A stretch of 64,000 nt of DNA from Eledone cirrhosa (taxonomy: Eukaryota), in assembly GCA_964016885.1 (NCBI GenBank), contig OZ024741.1, forward strand, positions 411,928,001 to 411,992,000, in the 5' to 3' direction. This document shows, in pieces, positions 1 to 11,387 of the stretch; within the stretch, counting starts at the first letter, position 1; every line of letters begins with the position of its first letter. The translations under genes were made by a program, and so were the position numbers. Under the pieces are notes generated by a model that ran no database searches, had not been told where the DNA came from, and was given only the letters and a program-made list of their open reading frames with translations.

Positions 1-113
1 AGAGTATGGTAGTTTCAGGGCACCCTTTTTCCCAAAGTGGATTAACTCGAACTTATCCAAACCCATGCAAGTGTGGAAGATGGACGTTAAACGATGATGA
101 TGATGATGATGAT
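1..113 (+). mobile_element. 3' end of an RTE LINE with (ATG)n tail
   Basis: AACCCATGCAAG..TGGAAGATGGACGTTAAACGATGATGATG matches the 3' termini of the RTE copies at 31015-31075 and 37370-37416. Confidence 0.8.
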
Positions 114-117
114 TATC

Positions 118-2330
118 CTCATTCAACAGCACATTGTTCTTTTCTGCCCATTGCATAACAGCCAGTAGGTCTGACTGAAGTCCGGTCACCCACCTCATTG
201 ATGGCCCTTTGGAGCTTGGAATAATCTGCAAAGATTCTTATGTTTCTGTGCTTGATGATGTCAGTAATGTCATTAATGTAGATGATGATAAGAAGTGGGC
301 CCAACACAGTGCCTTGTGGGACACCACTCCTGACTTTGGCAGGGCTTGATTTTACTCCTTCAACTACAACATGTTGGGCTCTGTCTGTCAGGAAACATTT
401 GATCCACTGTAGTAACCTTCCAGAGACACCAATGTTGGATAGTTTTTTCAATAGAATCTTATGATCAACCCTGTCAAAGGCCTTTCTAAAATCAAGGTAG
501 ATGACATCAGTGTTGGAGCCCTCTCCCAAAGCTCTCAAAACATCATCAAAGTGATGCAGGAGCTGCGTTAGGCAGTCCCTTCCACTATGGAACCCATGTT
601 GGTTGGAGTTCAGCCATCTGTTATTTTTAGGAAAGTGGGTTATTTGTGATCTCACCAAATACCTTGATGATATGAGAGGTGAGTGCGATCGGATGGTAGT
701 TCACTGCAAGGGACTTATTTCCCTTTTTGAAAACTGGGACAACGGAGTGGGACAGAAAGTTTTCAGGAATATAGCCATCGAATGTGTGTGTTGCTGTTGG
801 CAGTATTTTAGTGTGTTAATTCTTTTGTTTGTTCTCTTTATTTTTCTGATAATAGTTTTTCTGTTTTGGGGGATACTGCACTTAGTTTTGTTCACAGGTC
901 TTGGTGAGGTGTGTTTTGCACATATATTTGTGACAGTTTCTACAAAGATCTGCCAAGATGTTTTGATGTTGGTGGAGATGTGTGCATGTAAAAGGCAAGT
1001 CAACATGTGATAGCTCGTTCATGATTGCATCCCAGTTGGCATTATAGAGATCCATGTTATCAAATGGGTGGTCTGGAGAGAGGTCCCTAGGATTAGCTTT
1101 CGGCTGGTGGAATCTCAGGTTACAAAGAACCATGTTATGGTCTGAAAGAAGGGTTTTTTTCCACTATAATATTATGTATAGTGTGGTTACTAAGCACTAG
1201 GTCCAAACTGTTCTGATACCTTGTTGGTGCAAGGACAAGTAGGGACAAGAAAAACTCATTCATAAAGTCAAGAAGTGACTCGACTGCTTTTTTGTCAGTG
1301 GTTGAGTTTGGAGTGCCTGGTTTCAAACTACATGTAGACAAATCAACACAGGGTAGATTAAAGTCTCCCATCAAAAGTATGTTACTAGAATGGCACTGTT
1401 TAATAAAGCATTTAATGCTGTTGAGGCCTTCTTTAAAGTGCATTATGAGTATTTGTGGTGGCCTATAGAGCCCAACTAATATCAGGTCATTGGCTTTGTT
1501 GTGCACAGTGACTGATTCACAGTAGCCATTGTAGAATGTTATGTTACCATCTGCCGTAGAGGACTCATGCAGGAACATGGCAGTTCCATCCTTCCCTCTG
1601 TCAACACGATCCGCATGGATGTTTGTGAAATTCCTCACTCTTACTTCAGCCTCCAAGTGGGAGTTGTCAAGGGGGGTCTCAGTAAGAATGAAGAAGTGGG
1701 TGTGAAATGGATGGTTACCAACCCAATCCTCAATGAATTGGACTTCCATTTTTGTGCATTGATGGAAGCACTGATACCTTGTGCATTGAGTAGAAATGTG
1801 GAGGCTTGTGTAGTGGCTGGTTTTGACTGTTGTAGGGGGCTTGTTTTGTGATTGAGTGTTAGTGACAGCAATGTGGGGGGTTGGTGCACTGGGGGTAATA
1901 TCGTAGGATGGTGTTGAGTGATGGCTAGAAGGTTTTTTTTTGTATCTCTTTTGCCAGGTTCAACATGGCTAAAAAAGGATTTTCCTGTTCAGGGAGCAGT
2001 TTTTGATTGGAATTGTGGTTGCACTGTTGGATAGGGTTATAGTTCCCTCTTTTGTTGTTGCTGTTTTTGTGTCTTCGTGAAAAGACTGGAACAGCATTAC
2101 TGCTGCCGGAGGTGGTTTTACTGTGGTTTGTGTGTTGGCTTGGAGCCCTGTTTCTGTTAGTGCATTGGGTCCCTGGAAAATGAGTGAAAGGACAGTCACA
2201 CATTGGGAATATCGGCAGATTTGGAAATTCTGACTTATGCATGTTTTAGTGTTCAATAATATAGGTGATTCAGTGAATTACTAGTGCTGGTAGCAATATG
2301 AGCACTCAAGCACTCAATACACAGGCAGAG
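118..2330 (-). mobile_element. Degenerate CR1/L2-group LINE (ORF1 remnant, AP endonuclease, RT)
   Basis: RT motifs YLDFRKAFDRVDH, SGVPQGTVLGPLL and IFADYSK in 119-658. APE motifs ILTET, GLYRPP, LMGDFNLP and SLDLVLSN in 1135-1749. Multiple frameshifts. The 5' boundary is approximate. Confidence 0.85.
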
Positions 2331-2392
2331 TGTATATATTAAGATAAAAAACAATGAAGTTTCATTTACATGTTTTTATTGATTAGCTGTCT

Positions 2393-2477
2393 ATTACATG
2401 TGTTTCACAGATTATTGGCTCAAGGTTCCCTGTTGATGCTATAGACCCTACTCTAGCATTGATCTTCTTGTCAGATT
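2393..2477 (-). ncRNA. Degenerate hammerhead ribozyme-like motif
   Basis: Minus strand reads AT-CTGACAA-GAAGAT...ATCTGT-GAAAC-ACAT-GTA-AT. The core is mutated (consistent with CpG decay of CTGACGA) and stem I is weak. Confidence 0.4.
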
Positions 2478-2785
2478 TGGTGATTCAACAAAAACCAGAG
2501 TCGGGTCATCTGCAAAAAGTTAGTACATGTCAATACTCAATATGAGGGTCCCTCATATGCAAAAATTAGAATACACAGTAAACCCCCCAATTTTACATAT
2601 TAAAGTTACCTTCGAATTGAAAAGTTATACATACAGGTATTAAATTAAAAAATTCTAACCATCCTAAAACTAAAACGCCCAGCTGAGGGCACAAATAAAT
2701 TACTATGGCCGTTGGTTGTGGGCCTCCCATTACAGGAGGCTGGGGCAATTGCCCCCTTACCCCCCCCCCATTAAATCTGGCCCTG

Positions 2786-2818
<33 letters not shown>

Positions 2819-3255
2819 TCTATGTATATTACATACACTAGCAGAACACCACCCTTCAGGTGGTTTTCTGCTAGCATGTGTAGTGTGTATATTGATATTA
2901 TACACAAGTATATATACATGTAGATATGATACATCAAATAAAATCGTAATTGAGAATTGAACGAAGTCTATGTTACACTGTCTTATGTAATCAGTAACGT
3001 AATCCATGATACATTAAAAAAAAGACGATATTATATATAAACTGCATTAGGAGAAAATTAGCGATGGAAATATATGCAATATTTTTATAAGTGTTATAAT
3101 ATAACGGCCGAACGGCGGCTAACTGCAGGTGTTGACATTTGAAAATTTTAAAGAAGTGAATTTTAAAGGTCTTTAAATAAGCTATAAAATATATTTAACC
3201 AACAACCACAAAATTTAGCACATCAATTATGTAATATTCATTCATTATTTATTCA

Positions 3256-3442
3256 AGGATTGGCAGTATCGGTAGAGGGTCGGACGCTATGCTTTGACGC
3301 ACACAGTTACGGCCGTTGCCATTCTGAGTTTAAATCCTGCCGAAGTTAACTTTGCCTCTCATCCTTACGGGGTTGATAAAATAAAGTACCAGTAATAGAC
3401 TGGATAATTGCTGGCCTTGTGCCAAAAGTAGAAACAATTATT
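3256..3442 (+). mobile_element. tRNA-derived SINE
   Basis: A-box-like TGGCAGTATCGGTAG, B-box-like GAGTTTAAATCC and an ATT tail. Homologous to 9086-9282, 38917-39112 and 61395-61565. Confidence 0.8.
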
Positions 3443-3793
3443 TATTCAAAGTAATCCAACTTATTTATTTTACAAATGGGGAAAAAAAAATATTTTGGAC
3501 GCAATCCTGCACTTCTTACTTTATTATAGTTTAGATTTCTCCCCCAAAATGACTGTCACACACATGCTTTTCTCAGCACTGGAGAATGTCTATCAGCGGT
3601 TTATAGGGTAAGGAGGTGGGGGTTAATTCAACATTTGGTGTTTTTCGACTTAAGTCTTGACTTCTGGAACCAATTAACAACATAGGGTGAGGTATACCTG
3701 TATATATATATATATATATATATAAGTTATTCCGGGTTGAATTGGAGGTAACCACAGTAAATAAAGTACTCAATACATTGCAGACTATAAAAG

Positions 3794-3889
3794 TTTTAAT
3801 ATAGAAGAGCTTCTACAGGACTAGAACTGTTTCATTCGTGAGAAATCATCAGGAAGCTGGCTGTCCAAGTTAAATGGTAGTATTTATAT
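3794..3889 (-). repeat. Left arm of a hammerhead-containing inverted repeat (partner 8032-8129), Penelope pLTR-like
   Basis: Reverse complement is nearly identical to 8032-8129 and contains CTGATGA...GAAAC...GTC. Confidence 0.75.
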
Positions 3890-4384
3890 CTTTCCTTATC
3901 TGGTGGTAGGAGAAGGTGTGGATTGGGATGGGTGTAGGTCATTGGTTGAAGGAATTAAAGAAAAGGAGTTCATTAAAAGCTAATTCTTTAAAGCTATAAA
4001 ATTATCCCAGATGGCTAAAAAAGATTTCCCTTTTTTTTTTTTAAACCCCACTCGACAAAATACCCCTCCACCTCCTTCCCACCTACCCTTACCCCCTCTC
4101 AACCGAAACACGGCACTATGGTCATGTAAGTACTTCTTACCTATCTGCTCTTTCCACATGTAGAGTGTACTTCACCTTTATACTGTATATGTGTATATTT
4201 ATGAGTGTATGTTTGTACGTATTTGTATGAATGGCCGTTCGTATGTATGAGTATGTTTGTGTGTATGTGCGTTTATATGTATATGTGTATGTTTGTGTGT
4301 ATATATATGTGTGTATGTATATATAAAATATATATATATATATGTGTATATATGTATATGTATGTATATATATATATGTATATA

Positions 4385-7158
4385 GAGGTAGTTCGAGTTA
4401 GTAATCGAATAATTAAGCTTAGATTAGTTGTAGGCAAGAGACTAGTGACAATCATTGCCTATGCTCCCCAAGCAGGCCAAGGCAAAGATGAGAAAGACTG
4501 CTTTTACGAGCAACTTTTACAAACATCCGCAATGACAGAGGACGGAGACATCGTTATGCTAGCAGGAGACTTCAATGGTCATGTTGGACAGCTCCAGGAT
4601 GGTTACACTGGGGTACATGGTGGGCACGGTTACGGCTCAAGAAATGAAGAAGGAGTGAGACTTCTTGAATTTTGTGATGCAGGTACATTGACTATTTGCA
4701 ACACAAACTTCCAGAAACCTGCCAAGCACCTAATAACCTACAAATCTGGTGAGCACATAAGCCAGATTGACTTCTTACTAGTTAGGCAGCGGGACAGGCA
4801 GATAGGGTCTAATACCAAGGCATACCCTGGGGAAGAATGTACCCCACAGCATAGGTTAGTCGTTAGTAATATCTCAGTAAGCAAGAGATGGAATGAGACA
4901 TACAGGAAGGTGTGGAGAAGAAAGGTCTGGAAGCTAAAAGACCTTTCACTAAAATACAAATTTAGGAAAGCCCTTCAAAAGAAGACGATTTAGAGACGTA
5001 TGACATAGATAATAACTGGAATTTCTTACGTGACAACTTGCTGCAGGCTACTGATGAAACTTGTGGCTGGAGCAGAGCTCCAACCAGACAGAGAGTGACC
5101 TGGTGGTGGAACAGCACAGTAGATAAAGCCATTAGAGACAAAATACTAGCATGGAAGGCTTGGAAAAAGGGTGGAAGTAGGGAAGAATATACAGCCACTA
5201 AGAGAGAAGCTAGACGTCAGGTGTACTTAGCACGCAGCGAGGCGGAGAGTAGGAGGTTTGCCAATGTTCTGCGACGGGAAGATCAGAGGCGTGCAGTGTT
5301 CCACATTGCAAGGTAGTGTGTCAATGCAAATCAGGATGTTGTTGGAGATAAATGTGTCCGGGATGATGCCGGTGTACTTAGTGTCACGAATGATCAGAAA
5401 AAAGAGGCCTGGAAATGTCATTATGAGAGACTGATGAATGTGGAGAACGAATGGGAGAGAGAGAAATTACCCTTAGTAGATCCGACAGAGGGACCAGCTA
5501 TTGAGATTGACGAATATAGGGTCCAAGAGGCGATTAAGGAAATGAAAAATGGTAAGGCTGTTGAACCATCGGGAATAGTTGCTGAGATGCTGAAGGCATC
5601 AGGGGACGTAGGCACTAAACTGGTTGCACGCATCATCAATCAGGCTATATATGGTGGTGTCATACCCAAAGACTGGTGCAGCAGTATTCTCATAATTTGC
5701 TACAAAGGTAAAGGGGATGCTGTGGAGAGGAGCAATTATAGGGGTATAAAACTGATAGATCAGGTTATTAGAGAAAGGGTCAAACTAGATGAGATGCAGT
5801 TTGGTTTTGTGCCTGGTAAGAGTACAACAGATGCCCTCTTCTTGGTGAGACAATTGCAAAAAAGGTTCTTAGAGAAAAATAAGCCACTATACTTAGCCTT
5901 TGTTGACCTAGAGAAGGCCTTTGATAGGGTACCTTGATCTGTCATCTGGTGGTCCCTAAGGAAGCTAGGTGTTGAGGTATGGCTTGTGAGGACAGTGCAA
6001 ACTTTGTACAGAGGTACTCTCAGTAAAGTGAGGGTAGGAATGGAGTTTAGTGAGGAATTCCAGATACAAGTAGGAGTACATCAGATTTCGGTCCTCTGCC
6101 CGTTCTTGTTCATTATAGTCCTCCAAGTCATAACAGAGGAATTTAAGACTGGCTGTCCATGGTAACTTCTCTATGCTGACGATCTGGTTCTTATAGCAGA
6201 ATCAGTAGAGGAGCTAGAGAATAAATTCTGGCTATGGAAACAGCAGTTGGAAGCAAGAAGACTGAGAGTGAACCTAGCTAAGACAAAAGTGTTGATGAGT
6301 AGAAAAGAGGACAAAACTCTGATTCCGTCAGGGAAATGGCCATGTTTGATATGCAGAAAAGGAACTAGCATAAATTCTATAAAATGCACACAATGCAGAT
6401 TCTGGGTACACAAGAGATGTAGCGGGATAGCAGGCAAACTAACAGGTAGGGAGAAATATGTATGCAGTAGATGTACAGGGAAATTAGACAGTAGAAGTCG
6501 CATTGATAGACACATTTTTCAAATGCAGGAGGGCGCTATAGAAGTGGTGGATAGCTTCCGGTACCTAGGAGATCAGATTAGCATGGGAGGAGGGTGTTCC
6601 GAGGCCATAGTATCTAGAATAAGGACAGGTTGGAAGAAGTTTAGGGAGCTGCTTCCTCTGCTGATGAAGAAGGGTTTCTCCCTGCGTACGAAAGGCCGGT
6701 TGTATGATGCCTGTGTGAGGAGCGCGATGTTGCATGGTAGTGAGACATGGGCAGCAACCGCAGAGGATATGCGACGGCTGGAGAGAAATGAGGCAAGCAT
6801 GCTCCGTTAGATGTGCAGTGTAAATGTGCGTGAACGACCCAGCATAAATGTGTTGAGAGAGAAACTGTGTCTGAGAGGGATAGAATGTAGTGTACGGGAG
6901 AGGAGACTGAGGTGGTATGGACATGTGATGCGCATGGAGGATGTCCGATGGGTGAAGAAGTGCCAGGAAATACCAGTTGAAGGAAGACGCGGTAGAGGTA
7001 GACCACGAAAAACATGGGCGGAGGTGGTGAGAACAGACCTCCAATCATTGAAGCTCACGGTGGAGATGACGAAGGACCGTAACGAGTGGAGAGATGCTGT
7101 GCTGAATAAGTCCCTTGCAAGCAGGGAAAAGCGGACGTAAAATGATGATGATGATGAT
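4385..7158 (+). mobile_element. 5'-truncated degenerate RTE LINE (APE, RT, PHD-like finger, (ATG)n tail)
   Basis: AYAPQ, LAGDFNGHVG, SQIDFLL, QFGFVPGKSTTDA, AFVDLEKAFDRVP, LYADDL and RLRWYGHVMR motifs spread over several frames with stops. Ends in ATGATGATG. Confidence 0.93.
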
Positions 7159-7159
7159 G

Positions 7160-7348
7160 TATGAGGTCACAGAATGTGTGACGAAAGAACTTTGACAATA
7201 TATGAACAACCGTCCAGTTGTGGAACCAACCAACCGGAAATTTATAAATTTTTTTAAATTTATAATTTAATTTATAATAAATTGAAGTGAAAACAACTGG
7301 TGCGTGTGTTTCTTATTGGTAACATGACCCTCCCAAAGTATAACAATA
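7160..7348 (+). mobile_element. Solo Penelope-like pLTR fragment with a 5'-truncated hammerhead
   Basis: Homologous to the reverse complement of 60135-60280, which lies downstream of a GIY-YIG remnant. Reads ATGA-G-GTCAC..GTGAC-GAAAG-AA-CTT-TGAC. Confidence 0.7.
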
Positions 7349-7349
7349 T

Positions 7350-7475
7350 GTATATATATATATATATTTAAAAAAAAAAAATATTTTTATATATATGTAT
7401 ATATATGTGTATGTATATGTATATGTATGTGTGTATATAAGTGTGTATGTATGTATTTATGTTTATATGTATATA

Positions 7476-7510
<35 letters not shown>

Positions 7511-7688
7511 CTGACTATATATATATCTGTATATATATACACATATATATATATATATGTATGTGTGAGTATGTATGTGTATGAATATATATATATATAG
7601 TTTAATATATGAACAGGGAACAATAACAGAGATTGCAGCACAAATGATATGGTTTATGGTTTCATGCTATATATACATATATATATAC

Positions 7689-7762
<74 letters not shown>

Positions 7763-7897
7763 AAGTATGACCCCGACGGCAGAGCTCAAGCCATTTCGCC
7801 AGCTATTTCTGGACTAAGTTTTTCTACCCTAAGTATTGAGTACTCTGGTGCATTATGGTCCATCTGGTTCCTTACCACAATTCCTTCATTATATATT

Positions 7898-7930
<33 letters not shown>

Positions 7931-8030
7931 ATGTGTATGTATGTGTACATGTATGTATATATGTATATGAGTTTGTACGTCTGTATATAGGTGTACGTAT
8001 GATTATATATGTGTGTGTGTGTGTGTTTAT
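7350..8030. repeat. (TA)n/(TG)n microsatellite block containing a pLTR-like fragment at 7765-7890
   Basis: Read directly. 7765-7890 is homologous to 14674-14850 and 58610-58815. Confidence 0.85.
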
Positions 8031-8063
8031 ATATATAAATACTACCATTTTACTTGGACAGCC

Positions 8064-8114
8064 AGCTTCCTGATGATTTCTCATGAATGAAACAGTTCTA
8101 GTCCTGTAGAAGCT
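8064..8114 (+). ncRNA. Hammerhead-like motif
   Basis: AGCTTC-CTGATGA-TTTC.TCAT.GAAT-GAAAC-AGTTCTA-GTC-(CTGTA)-GAAGCT. Stem I needs a 5-nt bulge, so it is atypical. Confidence 0.5.
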
Positions 8115-8227
8115 CTTCTATATTAAAACACCTATATATATATTGTGTTCAGAAGAGATTGTTTTGGTATAAAGAGGAGCAAGCAGGAGAAAGCTCTCAA
8201 CAATCGTAGTTTTTAGTCACGATGGCG

Positions 8228-8428
8228 ATTTTTATAGAAATAACAAAATAAGATGCTGAGGTTACATAGATCGTTTAATCATTATAATTATTTCTACGGT
8301 TCTCCATTCAATCGAGAAGTCCTTCCTGCATTTGTTGTTGATTATGAGAACGGTATCCTCAGAAATAATTATAATGATTAAACGATCTATGTAACCTCAG
8401 CATCTTATTTTGTTATTTCTATAAAAAT
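8228..8428. repeat. Perfect 68-bp inverted repeat whose spacer is a hammerhead core and stem II
   Basis: 8228-8295 is the exact reverse complement of 8361-8428. The minus strand reads CTGAGGA-TAC.GTTCTC...GAGAAC.GTA-GAAAT-AATT-ATA. Confidence 0.85.
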
Positions 8429-8479
8429 AAATAGTAATAATAAATGTGAAGACAAAAATCCAAAGAGGGCTTAATAAGG

Positions 8480-8523
<44 letters not shown>

Positions 8524-8608
8524 TATATAAAAACCCATAGAGCAAATATTTATTAAAATAACAGATTAAGTTTAAGCAAAGAATCTCTGAATTCACCCTT
8601 TTTATGGT

Positions 8609-8662
8609 GAGTTTCAGAAGACCCTGTAATAGGGTGAAAGCAGCGATTCTTTGCTTAAACTC
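8609..8662 (+). ncRNA. Type I hammerhead-like motif with one core mutation and an upstream inverted partial copy
   Basis: GAGTTT-CAGAAGA-CCCT.GTAAT.AGGG.T-GAAA-GCA..TGC-TT-AAACTC. 8561-8608 is a diverged reverse complement of 8621-8670. Confidence 0.6.
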
Positions 8663-8965
8663 TAATCTGTACATATATATATATACAAGTGATCTTCTAT
8701 GGGTATTGAGGATCACAACTTAAAATACTCACAGCAAGAGTGTGTTTATCAAACATACACAGACATATATTGCTCGGGTTCATATACACCTTTATTCTTT
8801 AACATAGATGTAGAAGGTTTAAGAAAATGTTAGGTTCAGCAGAAAATAAACAAGGGAGTTAAAGCAGTTAGATATGGGTTACATCGAATAATAATAATAA
8901 TATTCGATTCATTTGCGAGCAAACGGCCTCATTATACTATGTTTGTTCAACATAACATCAAGGAA

Positions 8966-9006
8966 CAGCCAACATATTTCAGGGTCATTTCCCTTCATCA
9001 GGACTG
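8966..9006 (-). ncRNA. Minimal type I hammerhead ribozyme
   Basis: CAGTC-CTGATGA-AGGG.AAATGA.CCCT-GAAAT-AT-GTT-GGCTG. Lies in the left arm (about 8860-9023) of an inverted repeat with about 9663-9830. Confidence 0.75.
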
Positions 9007-9085
9007 TATACCTCTCTGCTACTCAATTGAACTGTTGAAAATATATAGTATACAGTCCTTGAAAATGAATCAACTATTATTATTA

Positions 9086-9282
9086 GGGCGGTGGATTGGC
9101 AGTATCGGTAGAGGGTCAGACGCCATGCTTTCCAGCATAGTTACGTCCCTTTACGATCTGAGTTCAAATCCCGCCGAGGTTGACTTTGCCTTTCATCCTT
9201 ACGGGGTCGATAAAATAAAGTACCAGTAATGCACTGGGTAATTGCTGGCCTTGTGCCTAAAGTAGAAACAATTATTATTATT
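9086..9282 (+). mobile_element. tRNA-derived SINE
   Basis: GGCGGTGGATTGGCAGTATCGGTAG ... GAGTTCAAATCCC B box, ATT tail, flanked by ATTATT. Confidence 0.85.
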
Positions 9283-9309
9283 TGATATGATCTATATTTA
9301 CATATATGC

Positions 9310-9587
9310 CCCCTCCCTCCACTGCAAAGAGGTCGTGGAGGTGTCACAACAAAAAAGCACCCAGCCCACACTGTAAAGTGGATGTGTAAGCGCCACGGAA
9401 AAAAATCACCCAGCACCCACTGTAAATGAGGTTGGTGTTAGGAAGAGCATCCAGCTGTAGAAATCAAGCCAGAATCAGTTCCCATATGAGCAAGACATGG
9501 TCAGCTGACTGGTAACCGCTCACAACAGGACACCCCGTCTAACCCATGCTAGCGTGGAAGAATGGACGTAAAACAGTGATGATGATG
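9310..9587 (+). mobile_element. RTE LINE 3' UTR fragment
   Basis: Homologous to 30785-31075 and ends in GATGATGATG. Confidence 0.85.
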
Positions 9588-9679
9588 TAATCTGCAAAAA
9601 ATCATATTCTACTTTCGTTCTTTTAATCTTCGGCAAGGCCAGATATTTTCAACAGTTTAATCAGTAGCAGAGAGGTATA

Positions 9680-9720
9680 CAGTCCTGATGAAGGGAAATG
9701 ACCCAGAAACATGTTGACTG
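9680..9720 (+). ncRNA. Minimal type I hammerhead ribozyme
   Basis: CAGTC-CTGATGA-AGGG.AAATGA.CCCA-GAAAC-AT-GTT-GACTG. Perfect 5-bp stem I and a palindromic ACATGT stem III. Confidence 0.78.
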
Positions 9721-9957
9721 TTCCTTGATGTTGAACAAACATAGCATAATGAGGCCGTTTGCTCGCAAATTAATCAAATATTATTATTTGGTGTAATCCA
9801 TGTTTACATTTATGTAATCTGCTGTTTTAGCGAAAAATCAAATTTTAATTTTGTTTTTAAACCAGATGAAATAAAGATATACAGATTTATATGAAAGGTT
9901 TTTAATTTCATCTTACCCTTCTCTTATAAATCCACCCACATCTAGGAAGCTTTGGGG

Positions 9958-10080
9958 TATGTGTCTGGCCTAGTGTGTTGGGCTCACAATCTTAATTTCA
10001 TGGGTTCAATTACTGGACCAGGTGGTGTGTCCTTGAGCAAGGTACTTCACTTCATCTTACTTCACTGAAAATGAGGACCA
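9958..10080 (+). mobile_element. Degenerate tRNA-derived SINE head (second family)
   Basis: TGGCCTAGTG...GGGTTCAATT..GTGTCCTTGAGCAAGG. Related minus-strand copies lie at about 32400-32520 and 33700-33820. Confidence 0.6.
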
Positions 10081-10111
10081 GCAACAGCAGCTGTTGTGTT
10101 TTTTTTTACTT

Positions 10112-10460
10112 TAAAGTTGTTTATATTTATCTAACACCTTTCTATCATGATTTTATGTAAGAACCTTTGTTAAGTTATGTTCCAAACACCAACTTAATAA
10201 TGAGAAAGTTAGTTATATTACTAAATCTTTCCAAATTTTTGATTATTTTCAAAATTTATTAAAACTCATATGAAATATGGTTTTGAAAGGGTTAAAGTGT
10301 TTATATTTATCTAAAAACCTTCCATCATAATTTTATATAAGAACCTTTGTTAAGTTATGTTCCAAGCACCAGCTTAACGATGAGACAGTTAGTTATGTTA
10401 CTAAATCTCGTCAAATTCTTGATAATTTTCAAAATTATTTGAAAATCATAAATATTGTTT
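10112..10460 (-). mobile_element. Tandemly duplicated (about 180 bp x2) TTAA/CCCTT-ended MITE fragment
   Basis: 10112-10295 resembles 10293-10460. The minus strand begins TTAACCCTTTCAAAACCATATTTC. Related to 12100-12252 and 32657-32775. Confidence 0.55.
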
Positions 10461-10540
10461 TACATGTGAAATATAACAACACAAACATTAGAGATTCTTT
10501 TAAAATATCATATTAAGTATTAAATCTAAGATGGCTGAAA

Positions 10541-11117
10541 TTATTTATATTTTAAATAACCAACTCCTCTTGAGTGAGGACCAACATTCTCATCAAAGAT
10601 AAAGTCCCATAGAACTTTCAACCATGATGTATGGTAAGGTAAATCTTGATAAAATTCCGGAGCTATTTCGGATACTTTTGATATTCTAGTGTAAGGTATA
10701 TAAGGGAAATCGTGATGTTCTACATGATAGCCAACATTGAACAAGATAAAATTGAGAGGACCGTAGTAAGAATGTGTTGCCTGGTTTTTACCTACAACAC
10801 CATCACTAAAAAGATAATGTTCAGATATAAAATGGCCGGCCAATGGGTGGAATCCTAAAGCTTGCAGTGTCCCCACAATGAAGTACATGAGAGATTTGAA
10901 TCCAAACACCCAGTATATTATTATATCAAATAGTATTTGAACTATAAAGTTGATTATTTCCCATTCATTGAGGGGTTTGGGGCTTTTATAGAACGGACGG
11001 ATAGCGTGTATCAAGGGATGTAAAATGAGCCAAATTATCTTTGTGATGGGTTTCTTGAACATGTAACTCTCGAGACGTGTCGGAATATCAACATCCATAT
11101 ATTCTTCACCCAAATAT
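10541..11117 (-). CDS. DEGS1: Sphingolipid delta(4)-desaturase (DEGS/DES1 family), last coding exon
   Basis: YLG..DVDIPT..E, HPLAGHFISEHY, SYYGPLN and NVGYHVEHHDFP (third His box). Acceptor TTTTTGCAG ends at 11118; a phase-2 join gives HADHH-K-YLG. TAA stop at 10543-10541. Orthology to DEGS1 versus DEGS2 is not resolved. Confidence 0.93.
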
Positions 11118-11139
11118 CTGCAAAAATATAAATATGAAG

Positions 11140-11295
11140 AAAATAAATAATGGTTTCTGGTTTAAGCACAAGGCCAGCAATTTGAAGGGCAGGGAGAAAG
11201 TCAATTAAATTGACCCCAGTGCATTACTGGTACTTTATTTTATTGACCCTATAGGGATGAAAAGTAAAGCTAACCTTGGTGGGATTTGAACTCAA
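11140..11295 (-). mobile_element. SINE 3' portion in the DEGS intron
   Basis: Reverse complement has GAGTTCAAATCCC, AATAAAGTACCAGTAATGCACTGGG and GCTGGCCTTGTGC, shared with the other SINE copies. Confidence 0.7.
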
Positions 11296-11387
11296 AAGTC
11301 ATCATATTGGATAGATTCGAGTAACAGAGACAATATAGGGTAGAAAAGGGTTTCTTTTGTTAGACCATGCATATGAGGACTCCTATA

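Noticed and set aside
2760-2875. CAGGGCCAGATTTAA hAT-like end and a CTAGCAGAA..TTCTGCTAG hairpin
   Set aside because: No partner TIR or target duplication was found, so element boundaries cannot be supported.
3256-3345. tRNA genes at the SINE heads
   Set aside because: A and B boxes are present but there is no cloverleaf, and each continues into a shared SINE body and tail.
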